From Azolla caroliniana (lineage: Eukaryota; Plantae; Polypodiophyta): a DNA stretch of 64,000 bases. Position numbers and translations under genes: made by a program. The stretch is taken from contig JBHGNT010000011.1 of the NCBI GenBank assembly GCA_043228905.1, positions 6,386,001 through 6,450,000 on the forward strand, given 5' to 3'. Shown here piece by piece: positions 44,901 through 55,800 of the stretch. Under the pieces are notes generated by a model, which ran no database searches, was not told the origin of the DNA, and worked only from the letters and a program-made list of their open reading frames with translations. Numbering within the stretch: position 1 is the first letter of the stretch; each line of letters begins with the position of its first letter.

Positions 44901-46828
44901 TGCTACCGAGGGCGAAATCCGATGCTTCGGACTCCATGATGAATGGTTTGTTTGTATCCACATGAGCTAGAATAGGAGCTTATGTAAAGGCTTTCTTAAG
45001 ATGCTGAAAAGCCATGTTCACTTCATTGGACCAAAGGAATGTCTATCCCTTCTTCATAAGTTGTGTTAGAGGTATAATAATCTTCGAGTAATCTTGTATA
45101 AACTTGTGATAGAAGTTAGCAAAACCTAGGAAACATCATCTCGTAACGAACGGGGACTTTGCTACTCTAGCACAGTTTTGACTTTAGCTGGATCCATGGA
45201 GATGCCCCTTGAGGAGATGACATAGCCTAGAAATTCCACTTGCTTGCAGTCAAAGCTACATTTTTCTAGCTTAGCATAAAGACCATTCTCGCGGAGTCGT
45301 TTTAGTACTAGTAGTAAATGAGAATCGTGCTCTTCCTGGGTCTTCGAATAAATCAATAGATCATCCAAATAGATGATCAAATAAATATCCAAGAGGTCTC
45401 TGAATATATCATTTGCCATGTGTTGGAAGACTGCGGGTGCATTGGTTAGACTGAACGACATAATGGTATATTCGAAATGCCCATACCGCGTGCGAAAGGA
45501 GGTCTTCCATTCATCTCCCGGCCGGATCCGCACGAGGTTATACGCTCCTCGTAGATCGATGTTTGTAAAAAACTTGGCACCATTAACTCGCTCTGAAAGA
45601 CTTGATATAAGAGGAAGTGCATACCTATTCCGGATGGTGACCTTATTCAAGCCGTGGTAATCAACGACGAGACGAAGTGAGCCATCTTTCTTCTTGACAA
45701 AGAAGATGGGTGCACCAGCCAGAGATTTTGAATGACGAATAAACCCGCTTGCCAAGCTCTCCTCTATGTAGGCTCGAAGGACTTCTAACTGGGTTAGTGA
45801 CAAGTTGTAGATTGGTCCCCATGGTGGCTCTGCTCTTGGTTGTAAATCGTAGGGACAATCGTACGGACGATGATGAGGAAGAGTACCGGCTTTGACCTTG
45901 TCAAATACATCGACATAAGGATGATATTTCGCCGGAGGTTGCACTAAGGATTCCTCCTTAATATTGTTGGAAGGATGTATTGATATTGCAAATAGGAACA
46001 TTGCCTCCTTGTGTCCTTCTTCGCGTAGTTGACGTAGTGAAATGGTCGAAACTTGATGAGTAGATTCTTGGGGTTGTCGATATCAGACTTCTCTTGTTCT
46101 CCAATCTATGTCTGGATTATGTGATTCAAACTAAGGTAATCCCAGGACAATGGGATGCTCTAGACTACTAATTATATTGAATGATACTACACACACAAAA
46201 CTACCTAGGACAACTTGAATGGGTTCTGACTCTTCTACAATATTCCCGGAAGCAATGGGACGACCATCAATGACTACTACAGATGCGGGGCAAGGAAGTT
46301 TTCTTAAGGATATCTGAGAAGCTTGGGCAAATTTTCGATCCATGAAACAGGAATTGGTTTCAGAATCTAAAAGTGCTAGGACATGTACTGGAGGAGTACT
46401 TTTAGTACTAACCATGACTTGGGCTAGGAACACATTGCTAACTTGCTTGGAGGGAATGGAACCACTAATGGGTTGTACAGATCTAGGGTTGTCCAACCAA
46501 ACGGCTCCTATTTTGGTTGGACTCAGTCGTTTAACTCTTCATCTAATTGACTAAGGATTTCAAATTTGTTCGAGATACTTGGGCTAGTAGTACTATTAAT
46601 ACTATCAGACACTCCTAAGGGAAGAATTGACTCGGGTTTAGTACAGGCTACGATTTGATTTACATGTCTTCTTGGCCTATGGGGACAGTTGATTGTGATA
46701 TGCCCCGGTCCACCACAATAAAGACATAATCGATTTGCACGTCGTCGTTGCTTTTCTTCTTCCGATAACGGGCCACGTCTACGCATGGTGTCGATCTCCA
46801 TCGGTATCGGAGTATTTGATTGAGATAT

Positions 46829-49800
46829 TGTAGAAAGTAGCGTGCGGAAGCAAGTATGAAGACCGAACAGAAGGAAGGAAACTCAGGTTTAATGGAGAGC
46901 TTGAGCTTACATGGTATACGCGGGAGAGAAAGAGAGAGAGAGAGAGAGAGATAAAACACAAAAAACTATATTTAACACTCTATATACTACTCTGTATACA
47001 TATGTGTGTTCAATGAACACTTTTATACAAGTCCTAAAAGGACTGACCGAAGTACTGACAGTACTTCAATGCTCATTAAGAGCTCCTACACTAACTCCCA
47101 AATATATTCCTCACGGAATATCTTTCCTAACGGCCTCCCAGTTTACGCACTCGGCCTAACCGATCGGTCCCAACTGATCCGATCCTCGGCTTCTTCAGCC
47201 GATCCGGCCGATGTTGAGCTTGTCTCTCAACACTCCCCCTCAAGATCAACTTGAGGCTCTTCTGAATCTTCACAGCTCCAGTTCCGACAATTTGTCGAAA
47301 CCTCGTCGTGTCGCATACCTTTCCCGTATCGGGACGTAGCTTGATGGTTCTGTCCAGAGGAGTCGAGACGGACTTACAGTCAGCCATCCCGAATTTGAAG
47401 AACATACTTAGCACGTAATGACGTTGGCTAATCAATATGCCTTCGGGGGTACGGATCACTTCGATCCTGAGGAAGTAATGAAGGTCCCCCAGATCCTTCA
47501 TGTCGAACGATGCCGCAAGCTGGAGCTTCACGCGGTCGATTTCACCTAGGTCGGCGCTAGTGATGACCAAGTCATCAACATATAGTAAAATACTAACCGG
47601 TCCGAGTCGACCTTTCCGGATGAACAGGGAAGAGTCCGATTTTGACGTGACGAAGCCCATCCGACGCAATTGTTGCGTGATCTTCACGTTCCAGGCACAC
47701 GGGGCTTGCTTTAGTCTGTAAAGGGACTTCTTCAGTCGGCACACTGCCGAGGAGTTCGTTCCAGAGTGAAATCCGGGGGACTGTACCATGTACACCTGTT
47801 CCTCAAGGTCACCGTGCAAGAACACATTCTTTACATCCATTTGATGTAAGTGCCACCCCTTCATCGCAGCTATTGCGAGCAAAACACGGACGGTCGTCAT
47901 TTTCGCGACCGGCGCGAACGTCTCATCGTAGTCGATGCCGTGTTTCTGCACGTAGCCCTTTGCCATTAGTCGAGCCTTGTACCGGTTGACCGATCCATCG
48001 GTGTTGTACTTGACCTTGTACATCCACCTACACCTGATCGGCTTCACACCCTTCAGTGCGTCAACCAGGTCCCATGTCTCGTTCTCCGCCAACGCGTGCA
48101 TCTCTTCCTCCATCGCGGCACGCCAAGTCACATCTTTAGCCGCTTCTGCGTAGCTCACTAGCTCACGCACTTCCGCTACACGGGTCATGTACGCATAATG
48201 ATGCACCATGTACTCGTTGTATCCGAACTGCAAAACAGGATTCTTCAGGTGGGTAGATCGGCGTAATCTCACATTGGCCGATGTCGAGGCCTTCTCGGTC
48301 GACGTGGACTTCACCTTTAAAGACCCATCACCGGTTCCCTCGGAGTCGGACTCGCGTCGGTCTGACTCGTTCTTATCCGTGCCGGAATCCGACACCTTCT
48401 TCTTCCCTTTCTCCTTGCGCGTAAGCCGCCTCCTCGGCTTCCTGCGCGGGGAATGCACGGCCGAGTCCCCACTACTCGCCGGCTCTTCATCAAACTGATC
48501 GTACCGACTCAGTCGTCCAATCGGTCCACTTAAACGGAGTGAAATTGGACTCTCTTCGCGGGTCTCGATTTCGGGCTCATCCGTAGGCATCTCGGCCTCG
48601 CTGACCTCATCGTCAGAGCTCGGATTGGAGTCGGGGTTCGTAGTCGGGGGCAGGTACCAGGACGCAGACTCGTCAAACACAATGTCGCGGCTGACACGCA
48701 CTTGTTTGGTGCGAGGGTTATAGCACTTATAACCCTTCTGCTCGTCCGAGTAACCGACCAAGATGCATTTCTCGGCCTTTGCGTCCAACTTCCTCCTTTT
48801 CTCCTTCGGTATATGCACATACGCAATGCTACCGAACACCCTCAAGTGTCGTAAGTTCGGCTTCGTTCCGAAGTATAGCTCGTGCGCCAACACTTTGTCT
48901 CCGATCCGGTTTTGGATGTATACTGCGGTCCTTACCGCCTCGGCCCAGTATATCTTGGGCAAGCTCTTCTCCTCTAGCATTGCCCGTGCCGCTTCCACAA
49001 CTGACTGATTCTTCCTCTCGGCCACGCCGTTCTGCTCCGGCGTGTATCTACAACTGAATTCGCGCCGAATTCCCATTTGTTGTAGGTAACCATTGAATTG
49101 ACCGGAAAAGTACTCTTTCCCGCCATCCGACCGTAGGCACTTGATCTTTCGTCCCGTTTCCGTTTCCATGAACCCTTTGAGGTCCCGAAAACAGTCGAAG
49201 ACTTCGCTCTTCCTCTCAATGAGGTAGATCCACGTGTGCCGCGTGTGGTCGTCGATGAAGGAGACGAAATATCGGCTCCCGCCAAGACTAACGTTTTGTG
49301 CCGGCCCCCATACATCGGAGTGTATAAGGTTGAGCTTGTTCCGGCTCCGGTTTCGCTCGTTGGGGAAAGGAAGTCGGTGTTGCTTCCCGAGCTGATAGGC
49401 TTCACAAATTTGTTCCTTTCGGCCACTAAATTTGGGCAATCCGAACACTACCTGTTTCGATTGCAGATCTTGAAGCCACTGGTAGTTGCCATGGCCTATC
49501 CGCTTGTGCCACAAGTCGATGTCCGACTCGGATTTTCGTCCCTTCGCGAACATTGCGGTGCCGCCGTCAGTGGAGTCGAGGATTAAGATCCTCCTATCTT
49601 TGCGCCCTTGCGCAATTACATGGCCTTCTTCCTCAATGAAGCACCCGAGGTGTGTAAACCGAACCTCCATCCCTTGGTCGACGATCTGTCCGACTGAGAC
49701 CAAGTTCTTCGTGATTGTCGGAACGTGCAACACGTTCATGAGTTTCCCTTTCTGCCCGACATGGCTAAGGGGAACTTCTCTGACATTCGCGATCGGATGC

Positions 49801-51065
49801 GGAGTGTCGTCTCCTGTTGCGACTACTCCAGGTTGTATCGGTTTTTCAAGGTACGAGAACCACTCCTTATGGCTCGTCATGTGGTTTGACACGCCGGAGT
49901 CTATGTACCACACCTCATCCGATCTCGGGGTGGTCTGTTTCATTGAGTTTGCTTCGTGTCTCGTCACGAAGACAGACCCTTCGGCGTAGTGCGATCGCTG
50001 CCGATTTCCCTTGTCGGTATGTCCGGAGCCGTTTTCGGAACCGGTTCTCTCCGAATCGGCGCGCTTCTTCCAGCACTCACTTTCCCTGTGGCCTTTCTTG
50101 CCACAGTACCAGCACTCCGTGATGGCCTTCCCTTGCCGGTTCTCATCGCTTCGACTCCCCCTGTTTCCGGAGGGTTTGGAGTTGCTGTCGGCATCACTTC
50201 GGTGCCTTCTTCCTTGATCTCGTCGGCCGCCTCCATTGCGCGCCGACTCGCCTCGTCCTCCACGTCCACGGGGCCTATCTCCCTCCGTGTACAACATTCT
50301 GTTGTCGGTGTGCGTGCTTGTGGACGCACCCGCGTGGTTCTCCTCTACCAGGAGCATCGATTGTAAGTCGAAAAAGGACGGCGTATTCTCCCGGGTACAC
50401 ACAACCGTTCCGAACGCTCCGAACTTCGATGCCAAACCTCCGAGACAGATCTGGACCATCTCGCTCTCCTCGATGTTCACCTCTATGGAGGTGAGGGAGT
50501 CGTAGATATCCTTGATCTTCGAGGTATAGTCCGCCACCGACAAGTCGCGTTGTCGTAGGTTGCTCAACTCCAGTCGGAGCTGAAGCTTCCTGGCTGTGGT
50601 GCTCGTGGCGAAAATCTTCTTCAGATTTTCCCACGCACCCTTCGGTGTCTTTGCATCCCGAACATAGCTCAATAGCTGTTCGCCCACACACGACGCGAAG
50701 CAGTATAATACCCTGCTCGCCGATTGCTCCCACGACGGGAAGTCTCTGTGTGTCGATTCGGGTGCCGCGTCATTAACTCCTTCGACATAACTCCAGTAGC
50801 CATGCCCGAGCAGGTACTGGTGCATCTTGTAGCACCAAGACGCGTAGTTGGTTCTGTCGAGCTTCTCTGTTGGAAGCGAGCTCGCCATGTCTCTATCCAT
50901 CGTTCTTCTTGTTCTTCTTCGTCAAGCTGTGTCGGTTGCAGAGAGGTTCTCAACCCTCGCGCTCTGATACCATGTAGAAAGTAGCGTGCGGAAGCAAGTA
51001 TGAAGACCGAACAGAAGGAAGGAAACTCAGGTTTAATGGAGAGCTTGAGCTTACACGGTATACGC

Positions 51066-51101
<36 letters not shown>

Positions 51102-51376
51102 ACAAAAAACTATATTTAACACTCTATATACTACTCTGTATACATATGTGTGTTCAATGAACACTTTTATACAAGTCCTAGAAGGACTGACCGAAGTACT
51201 GACAGTACTTCAATGCTCATTAAGAGCTCCTACACTAACTCCCAAATATATTCCTCACGGAATATCTTTCCTAACGGCCTCCCGGTTTACGCACTCGGCC
51301 TAACCGATCGGTCCCAACCGATCCGGTCCTCGGCTTCTTCAGCCGATCCGGCCGATGTTGAGCTTGTCTCTCAATA
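46829..51376 (-). mobile_element. Element D: Ty1/Copia nested in B; LTRs 46829-47232 and 50973-51376; TSD GATAT
   Basis: Near-identical LTRs, PBS gctctgatacca at 50961-50972, PPT at 47233-47243. GATAT flanks at 46824-46828 and 51377-51381. Confidence 0.96.
47127..50900 (-). CDS. Copia gag-pol polyprotein (1257 aa), RNase H largely deleted
   Basis: One open ORF with CWYCGKKGHRESEC, WYIDSG, HSDVWGP and YVDD. After RT (FRQIVG) it jumps directly to the terminal ...LRGS with no DADW RNase H motif. Confidence 0.85.
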   Translation of the reverse strand: MDRDMASSLPTEKLDRTNYASWCYKMHQYLLGHGYWSYVEGVNDAAPESTHRDFPSWEQSASRVLYCFASCVGEQLLSYVRDAKTPKGAWENLKKIFATSTTARKLQLRLELSNLRQRDLSVADYTSKIKDIYDSLTSIEVNIEESEMVQICLGGLASKFGAFGTVVCTRENTPSFFDLQSMLLVEENHAGASTSTHTDNRMLYTEGDRPRGRGGRGESARNGGGRRDQGRRHRSDADSNSKPSGNRGSRSDENRQGKAITECWYCGKKGHRESECWKKRADSERTGSENGSGHTDKGNRQRSHYAEGSVFVTRHEANSMKQTTPRSDEVWYIDSGVSNHMTSHKEWFSYLEKPIQPGVVATGDDTPHPIANVREVPLSHVGQKGKLMNVLHVPTITKNLVSVGQIVDQGMEVRFTHLGCFIEEEGHVIAQGRKDRRILILDSTDGGTAMFAKGRKSESDIDLWHKRIGHGNYQWLQDLQSKQVVFGLPKFSGRKEQICEAYQLGKQHRLPFPNERNRSRNKLNLIHSDVWGPAQNVSLGGSRYFVSFIDDHTRHTWIYLIERKSEVFDCFRDLKGFMETETGRKIKCLRSDGGKEYFSGQFNGYLQQMGIRREFSCRYTPEQNGVAERKNQSVVEAARAMLEEKSLPKIYWAEAVRTAVYIQNRIGDKVLAHELYFGTKPNLRHLRVFGSIAYVHIPKEKRRKLDAKAEKCILVGYSDEQKGYKCYNPRTKQVRVSRDIVFDESASWYLPPTTNPDSNPSSDDEVSEAEMPTDEPEIETREESPISLRLSGPIGRLSRYDQFDEEPASSGDSAVHSPRRKPRRRLTRKEKGKKKVSDSGTDKNESDRRESDSEGTGDGSLKVKSTSTEKASTSANVRLRRSTHLKNPVLQFGYNEYMVHHYAYMTRVAEVRELVSYAEAAKDVTWRAAMEEEMHALAENETWDLVDALKGVKPIRCRWMYKVKYNTDGSVNRYKARLMAKGYVQKHGIDYDETFAPVAKMTTVRVLLAIAAMKGWHLHQMDVKNVFLHGDLEEQVYMVQSPGFHSGTNSSAVCRLKKSLYRLKQAPCAWNVKITQQLRRMGFVTSKSDSSLFIRKGRLGPVSILLYVDDLVITSADLGEIDRVKLQLAASFDMKDLGDLHYFLRIEVIRTPEGILISQRHYVLSMFFKFGMADCKSVSTPLDRTIKLRPDTGKVCDTTRFRQIVGTGAVKIQKSLKLILRGSVERQAQHRPDRLKKPRIGSVGTDRLGRVRKLGGR

Positions 51377-52377
51377 GATATGTCTCGTGCAAATAGTTTA
51401 GCCACCATTGAGGCATATGTGGGCTCCGGCCTTGGGCGTGGTATTTGTAATTGACGTTCTGAACGCCGTTCGAAAATGTGGTTGTCGCAACGAACCGCTC
51501 GACTAATTGCCTCTGTAAGAGACTTTGGTTCTTCGGGGAAGGTTAGAAGTAGATCTTTGACATCGTTTCGCAAGCCGTAGCGAAACTGCTCCATTAGTGC
51601 TTGATCATCCCAGGGGATATCTGAGGGGAGTAGACGAAAATCCGCCGCGTAGGCAGAGGTTGGATGATCGCCTTGACGCAATCATCGGATTTTGTTGATT
51701 GCCATCCTGATGTTGTCTGTATCTCCAAAGCAAGCTTTAAACTCGCTAATAAAGACTTCAAAGTTATTAAGTAAGGGCGATTGTTTTTCTAGAAGCGGAG
51801 CAAACCATGCCAAGGCTGAGCCGCTAAGCAACGTGGCTATTAGGCCGACTCGGGATGCATCAGTGGTGTATCGAGAAGGATACATTTGAATGATTAAGAG
51901 TGCATGATTGAGGAATCCCATAAATTGCGATCACGTTCCATCAAATTTCATAGGAAGTCCAATCTTGGGCTCTTTATGAAATCCTTGGGGACTTAATCCT
52001 TGTTGTTGCAACGCTGCTTTGAGTTGTTGCACACGTCGCTAACTCCCCATGTTGCTGCTGCGTTTGCTATTTTTCTAGGGCGATTTGTTGAAGATCCCCT
52101 AACAACCGTTGGTTTTCTTGTTCCAAGGCAACAAAATTTTCTTTTAGACACTATAGCTCGGAGAAAACGGATTGATATTCTTGGGCGCTAACAAAAGCCA
52201 TTGTATAGAAAAAGGATAAGAGGATGAGGGAAACCAAAAGAAAGACTAGAGAGGAAATTTTGGTTCAAACTGTCAAGAATAGTACTAAAACAGAGCGAGA
52301 ATTAGTTCTGGAGAAGGGAAGTACTATTAGTACTAAGAGGACGGGACTGCATAAGACTCCCGAGAGAGAGGAAAGAG

Positions 52378-52408
<31 letters not shown>

Positions 52409-52890
52409 TAGTGAGGACGAGAGAGAGAGAGAGAGATGATGATGACAGATGATATATTATATGAAGAGTAAGTACAAGATGGCTATGAGGCTTAAGACTG
52501 GCGTTGAACTAATTTGGTTCAAAATAATGCCCAGTGCCTTCTTTTATAGTGTTCTTAGTAGTAATCTTGAAACTTCTAGAATGTTCCAGATAAATTAGGA
52601 ATATACATTAATTTCCTATAATAAAACTTAAATGAAAATAATATCCTACGTATTACAATAGACGGTATAATGGTCAAGAGCTCGACCCATATAACATAAG
52701 GTCATGGGTTCGAGTCTTGCCATATCATGACAGTGAGAGGCAACACGATCTTTGAATAATTTCGTATGAATTTGCGATAGAACTTAGCAACCCAAGAATT
52801 CGACTTGTTCGCTGTCAAAACTGCACTTCTCAAGTTTGGCATACAAACCATACTTTCTTAAGCGTTCAAGTACTTTCCGAACATGTATAT

Positions 52891-55800
52891 TGTGAAATGC
52901 TCAAGATGTGAAATGCTCTCAAGAATAGCCCCCTTTTCATTATGTCTCAAGTTACATTTTATAGACTCTCTCTTAGCGTGGAGGGTGTTCTCCCGCTCCA
53001 ATTAGCTCTACTAATTATGGGGCTTGGTGGGGGCCTAGTTTGGGTGTGGTGCATGAGGCTTGGTAGGGGCCTAATTTGGGTGTGGTCTATGTGTGGTGCA
53101 TGGGGCTTGGTAGGGGCCTAATCTAGGTGTGGTCCATGTGACCACCACAATTCCCCCTTGTAAAAAAAAAAAGTTACTGTGCAGTCGAAGCGCGACGAGG
53201 CGTGGACGACGGTTCCAGACGGGGGGATGACACGGGCGTGGGCGTAGGCATGAGTGTGGGCGGGGGCGGTGGTAGTTGATGGAAGGGCTTCATGCGAGAC
53301 TGGTGAGCAAAGGTAGAGCGGTTGTTGGAGGCGCGGCGGAGCAGGTATGTAGTGTCGCGTATCTGCTTTTGAACTTCGAAGGGACCGATCCATCGGTGCA
53401 TGAGCGATTCGCTGAGACCGCGACGACGGATGGGGAAGTAGACGAGGACTTTGTCACCGACGTGGTATTGATGGTCGACACGGCCTATATCGTGTTGTCA
53501 TTTTTGGCATAGTTGTGCCTGGTGCAGGTTGCTCGTGATGGCTTTGCGGAGGAGGGGCTGGAGTTGTTGTAGGTGGGACCACCAAGACACTGCGTCAGCG
53601 TGGAGTCGTGTGGTTGGTTGCGGGACTGCCACTTCGGGGGGTAAGCGCGGGTCCCTTCCGTAAAGGGCCCGAAATGGGCTAATGCGGGTAGAGGCTTGCA
53701 CAGTTGTGTTGTAGGCATGCGTAACGAAGGGCAAGATTCGGTCCCAGGTTGAGTGCAGCGGATCGATGTAGGCTGAGATTTGTTGTTTTAAGGTTCGATT
53801 GAGGCACTCCATCAACCCATTCGTTTGCGGATGGTAGGGTGACGTGAATAACTGTTGGATTCCTAGTTGTGTTGAAACAAGGCGTAGGAGCTCACCGTTG
53901 AAATGGGGTCCTCGATCGGACAAGATTTGGAGTGGGCAACCGTGGGGGAAGATGATTTTCTCCAATAGTTTGGAGGCGATGGTCATAGCCTTTGCATCTG
54001 GGATAGCGGCCGTCTCAGCCCAACGCGTCAAGTACTCGGTGATGACGAGGATGAATTTGTTCCCTCCTTGTGACTCGGGAAAGGGGCCCATAATGTCCCA
54101 TCCGACGATTTCAAATGGAGCTTGAACTTGTATCGGATGTAAGAGGCCTTGAGCCACTTGAGGTGATTTGATGGCCTGACATAAGTTGCATGCTTTGATG
54201 TAGGAGGCGACCTCGTGGCGTAGCCCAGGCCAATAGAATTTGCGACGAATTTTGTCGAGCACCTTATGAAAACCCAAGTGGCCGGACAACGGGTGATCGT
54301 GGAAGAAACGAAGGTAAGACTGGCGTAGTTGCTCAGGCACGTAGACTCAGGGTTCTTTGCCTACTTGACAAAAAAGTAGGACATTATCCTGGATCATGAA
54401 TTGCTTGGTGAGGGATGATGTCGGTTCAGCTCGTAGGCGGTGGCAGATATCTTGGATTTGTTTGTCGTGTTGTTGCATGTTGGCCATTTGGGACGAGGAT
54501 ATGGGGAAATCGATTGTGTTGGAGGTGATCTGGTTCGCCTGAAAGGATATGCGGGATAATCCATCGGTGACGATGTTTTGTGGACCATGGCGATAGCGCA
54601 GAGTGAATGTCTAATCCTGTAGCGCCAAAACCCAACGAAGTAAGCGGCCGGGTGGATGAGCCTTCTTTATGAGGGAGAGCAATGGCTGATGGTCTGTTTC
54701 GACTGATGTATTTGATCCGTGAAGGTATGGGTGGAAACGATGGAATGCCCAGACGATGGCGAGGAACTCTTTTTCAGTTGTCGAGTAATTTTGTTCGGCT
54801 TTGGTAAGTGACCGACTGATGTAGGCAATCGGGCGGAGTTGGTCGTTGTCGTCGGATTGGAGCAGGACCGCACCAAGGCCGACATTGGAGGCATCCGTCT
54901 GCAGATGGAAAGGCTTCGTGAAATCAGGGTGGGCCAGGAGGTCAAAGGCTTGGAGTGTTCTCTTGAGCTGCAGGAAGCTGGATTCGCAGGCTTCGGTCCA
55001 CAGGAAGGGTGCGTCTTTTTGTAGGAGCGCGCGTAGTGGGGCTGACAGGTCAGCTAGCCGTGGGATGAAACGAAGAGAGAACGTGAGGAGGCCGAGGAAG
55101 CGTTGAAGCTGCTTGACTGTGGTGGGGCGTGGGAATTTTTGGACTGCTTCTGTCTTCTCCGGGTCCATTTGTATTCCGTCGGAGGAGATGACGTACCCAA
55201 GGAAGCGGAGGCACGTACTACCCCATCGGCACTTCTTCCATTGCAGTTGCAATCGATAGCGTTGAACACAAGTTAGGACCTCCCGAAGGACTTGAAGGTG
55301 TTCTGCCCAAGTGCTTGTATGTACCAGAATATCGTCTAGATAGACGATGACGACACGGCGGGTGATGAGATCATCGAAGATGGCATTAGCTATTCGCTGG
55401 AATGTGCTCCCCGCATCAGATAGGCCAAAGGGCATCCGTGTGAACTGAAAAATGCCTTTCCTAGTGCGGAATGCAGTTTTGTGGGCATCGTGAGGATTCA
55501 TCGGGATCTGCCAATATCTCGAGGCTAGATCGAGGGAGGTGAAGTACTTCGATTTGCCAAGCTGGTCGAGGAGGTCATCGATACGAGGGAGAGGGTATCG
55601 GTCATGGGTGGTGACATGGTTCAGTTGTCGAAAGTCGACACAAAAGCGGTAAGAACCATCCCCTTTCTTTACCATGTGTGGCTCCGAGATCCACTCGCTC
55701 TTGGAAGGTGTGATAATCCCTTGTTGGAGCATAGTTTTGACGGCGTTGTCGATGCGCTCGTGGTCGAGAGGCGAGCGACGTTGGGGAGCTGCGTTGATGG

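Larger units (their letters stand above)
42818..52732 (-). mobile_element. Element B: full-length Ty3/Gypsy chromovirus (Tcn1-like); LTRs 42818-43269 and 52271-52732; TSD GTGAG
   Basis: Paired TGTCA...TGACA LTRs with GTGAG on both flanks. It has gag with a CLYCGGPGHITINC knuckle, PR (LLDSE), RT (YLDD), RNase H, integrase and a chromodomain (43239-43745). Element D interrupts gag. Confidence 0.95.

Noticed and set aside
52659-52722. Bona fide tRNA genes in the LTRs
   Set aside because: Acceptor and anticodon stems do not pair properly, so they are reported only as tRNA-like modules.
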